NCBI GenBank assembly: GCA_963721455.1
Contig: CAVRJG010000054.1
Location: 32,001 to 96,000 of the forward strand
DNA length: 64,000 nt
Direction of reading: 5' to 3'
DNA from: an uncultured Methanosarcinaceae archaeon
Lineage (GTDB): Archaea; Halobacteriota; Methanosarcinia; Methanosarcinales; Methanosarcinaceae
Shown here: in pieces, positions 63,454 to 64,000 of the stretch
How the letters are laid out: every line of letters starts with the position of its first letter
Numbering within the stretch: position 1 is the stretch's first letter
The notes under the pieces: model-generated
The model's database searches: none
What the model was told of the DNA's origin: nothing
What the model saw: the letters and a program-made list of their open reading frames with translations, nothing else
Made by a program: the position numbers and the translations under genes

Positions 63454-64000
63454 ATGAATCCAAAGGTCGCCATTATAATCCTCAACTGGAACGGTTGGGA
63501 AGACACTATAGAATGTCTAGAATCTGTTTATCGGGTTACATATCCTTTATATGATATTATTGTAGTTGATAATGGTTCGAAAGACGAGTCTATAAAAAAG
63601 ATAAAAAGTTATGCTGAAGGAAAAATTCGGGTTGAATCCAAATTCTTCGATTTTTCTCAAGATAATAAACCGATATATGTGAAAGAGTATTTAAAGGATG
63701 AACTGGAATCATCAGCCTCAACAAAAGAAAATATTCTAAGTAATGTTCCAAGAAAAAACTTAATTCTTATAGAAAATGACGATAATTATGGTTTTGCTGA
63801 AGGTAACAATATTGGGATAAGATTTGCTTTAAATAAATTAAATTCTGATTTTGTGCTTTTACTTAATAACGATACAGTTGTAGATCCTCAGTTTCTGAAT
63901 GAGCTAATTAATGTAGCAGAAAATGATTCACATATAGGGATTTTGGGACCGACTGTATATGAGTATAAAAGTCCTTGTAAAATTCAATCCGCCGGCACAA
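63454..64000 (+). CDS. GT2 glycosyltransferase, runs off the window edge
   Basis: Hand translation MNPKVAIIILNWNG...VVDNGS...NYGFAEGNN...LLNND. Confidence 0.85.
   Translation, partial: MNPKVAIIILNWNGWEDTIECLESVYRVTYPLYDIIVVDNGSKDESIKKIKSYAEGKIRVESKFFDFSQDNKPIYVKEYLKDELESSASTKENILSNVPRKNLILIENDDNYGFAEGNNIGIRFALNKLNSDFVLLLNNDTVVDPQFLNELINVAENDSHIGILGPTVYEYKSPCKIQSAGT

Noticed and set aside
1-64000. Pyrrolysine (in-frame TAG) read-through genes
   Set aside because: I saw no case where homology clearly continues across a TAG; not exhaustively checked.

Overview
This window looks like a Methanosarcina-type (methanogenic archaeal) chromosome. 1-30 kb is mostly core genes: tfe, an ATP-grasp enzyme, NMD3, the complete cdhABC-cooC-cdhDE CODH/ACS operon, rhomboid, NYN, methanogenesis marker 12, phenylacetate-CoA ligase, DHH, prefoldin beta, M42 peptidase, cimA-ilvBNC and a nitroreductase. 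After a tRNA-Arg(CCG) at about 30 kb comes an AT-rich accessory island (about 30.1-41 kb) with small ORFs, IS6/IS21 remnants and a three-gene minus-strand cluster: AbiTii-like protein, 142-aa protein, STAND-NTPase/TPR NLR-like protein. The main finding is that the NLR and the adjacent small protein share a 28-aa N-terminal G/N/Q-rich motif (18/28 identical, starting at residue 16 in both). This is the signature of an amyloid-templating NLR/effector pair, but here the effector carries the motif at its N-terminus. A repeated 31-bp imperfect palindrome marks the boundaries of these gene modules. Then come nfnAB, an exactly duplicated 46-codon ORF, an in-frame ArsR-ArsM fusion, and a surface-glycan locus (manC, rml, gmd/fcl, wzm/wzt, a GT10 fucosyltransferase, several GT2s). 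That locus contains an IS1634 interrupted by a MITE and an ORF-less group II intron with intact EBS/IBS pairings. All family calls come from motif recognition by eye; no database searches were run.
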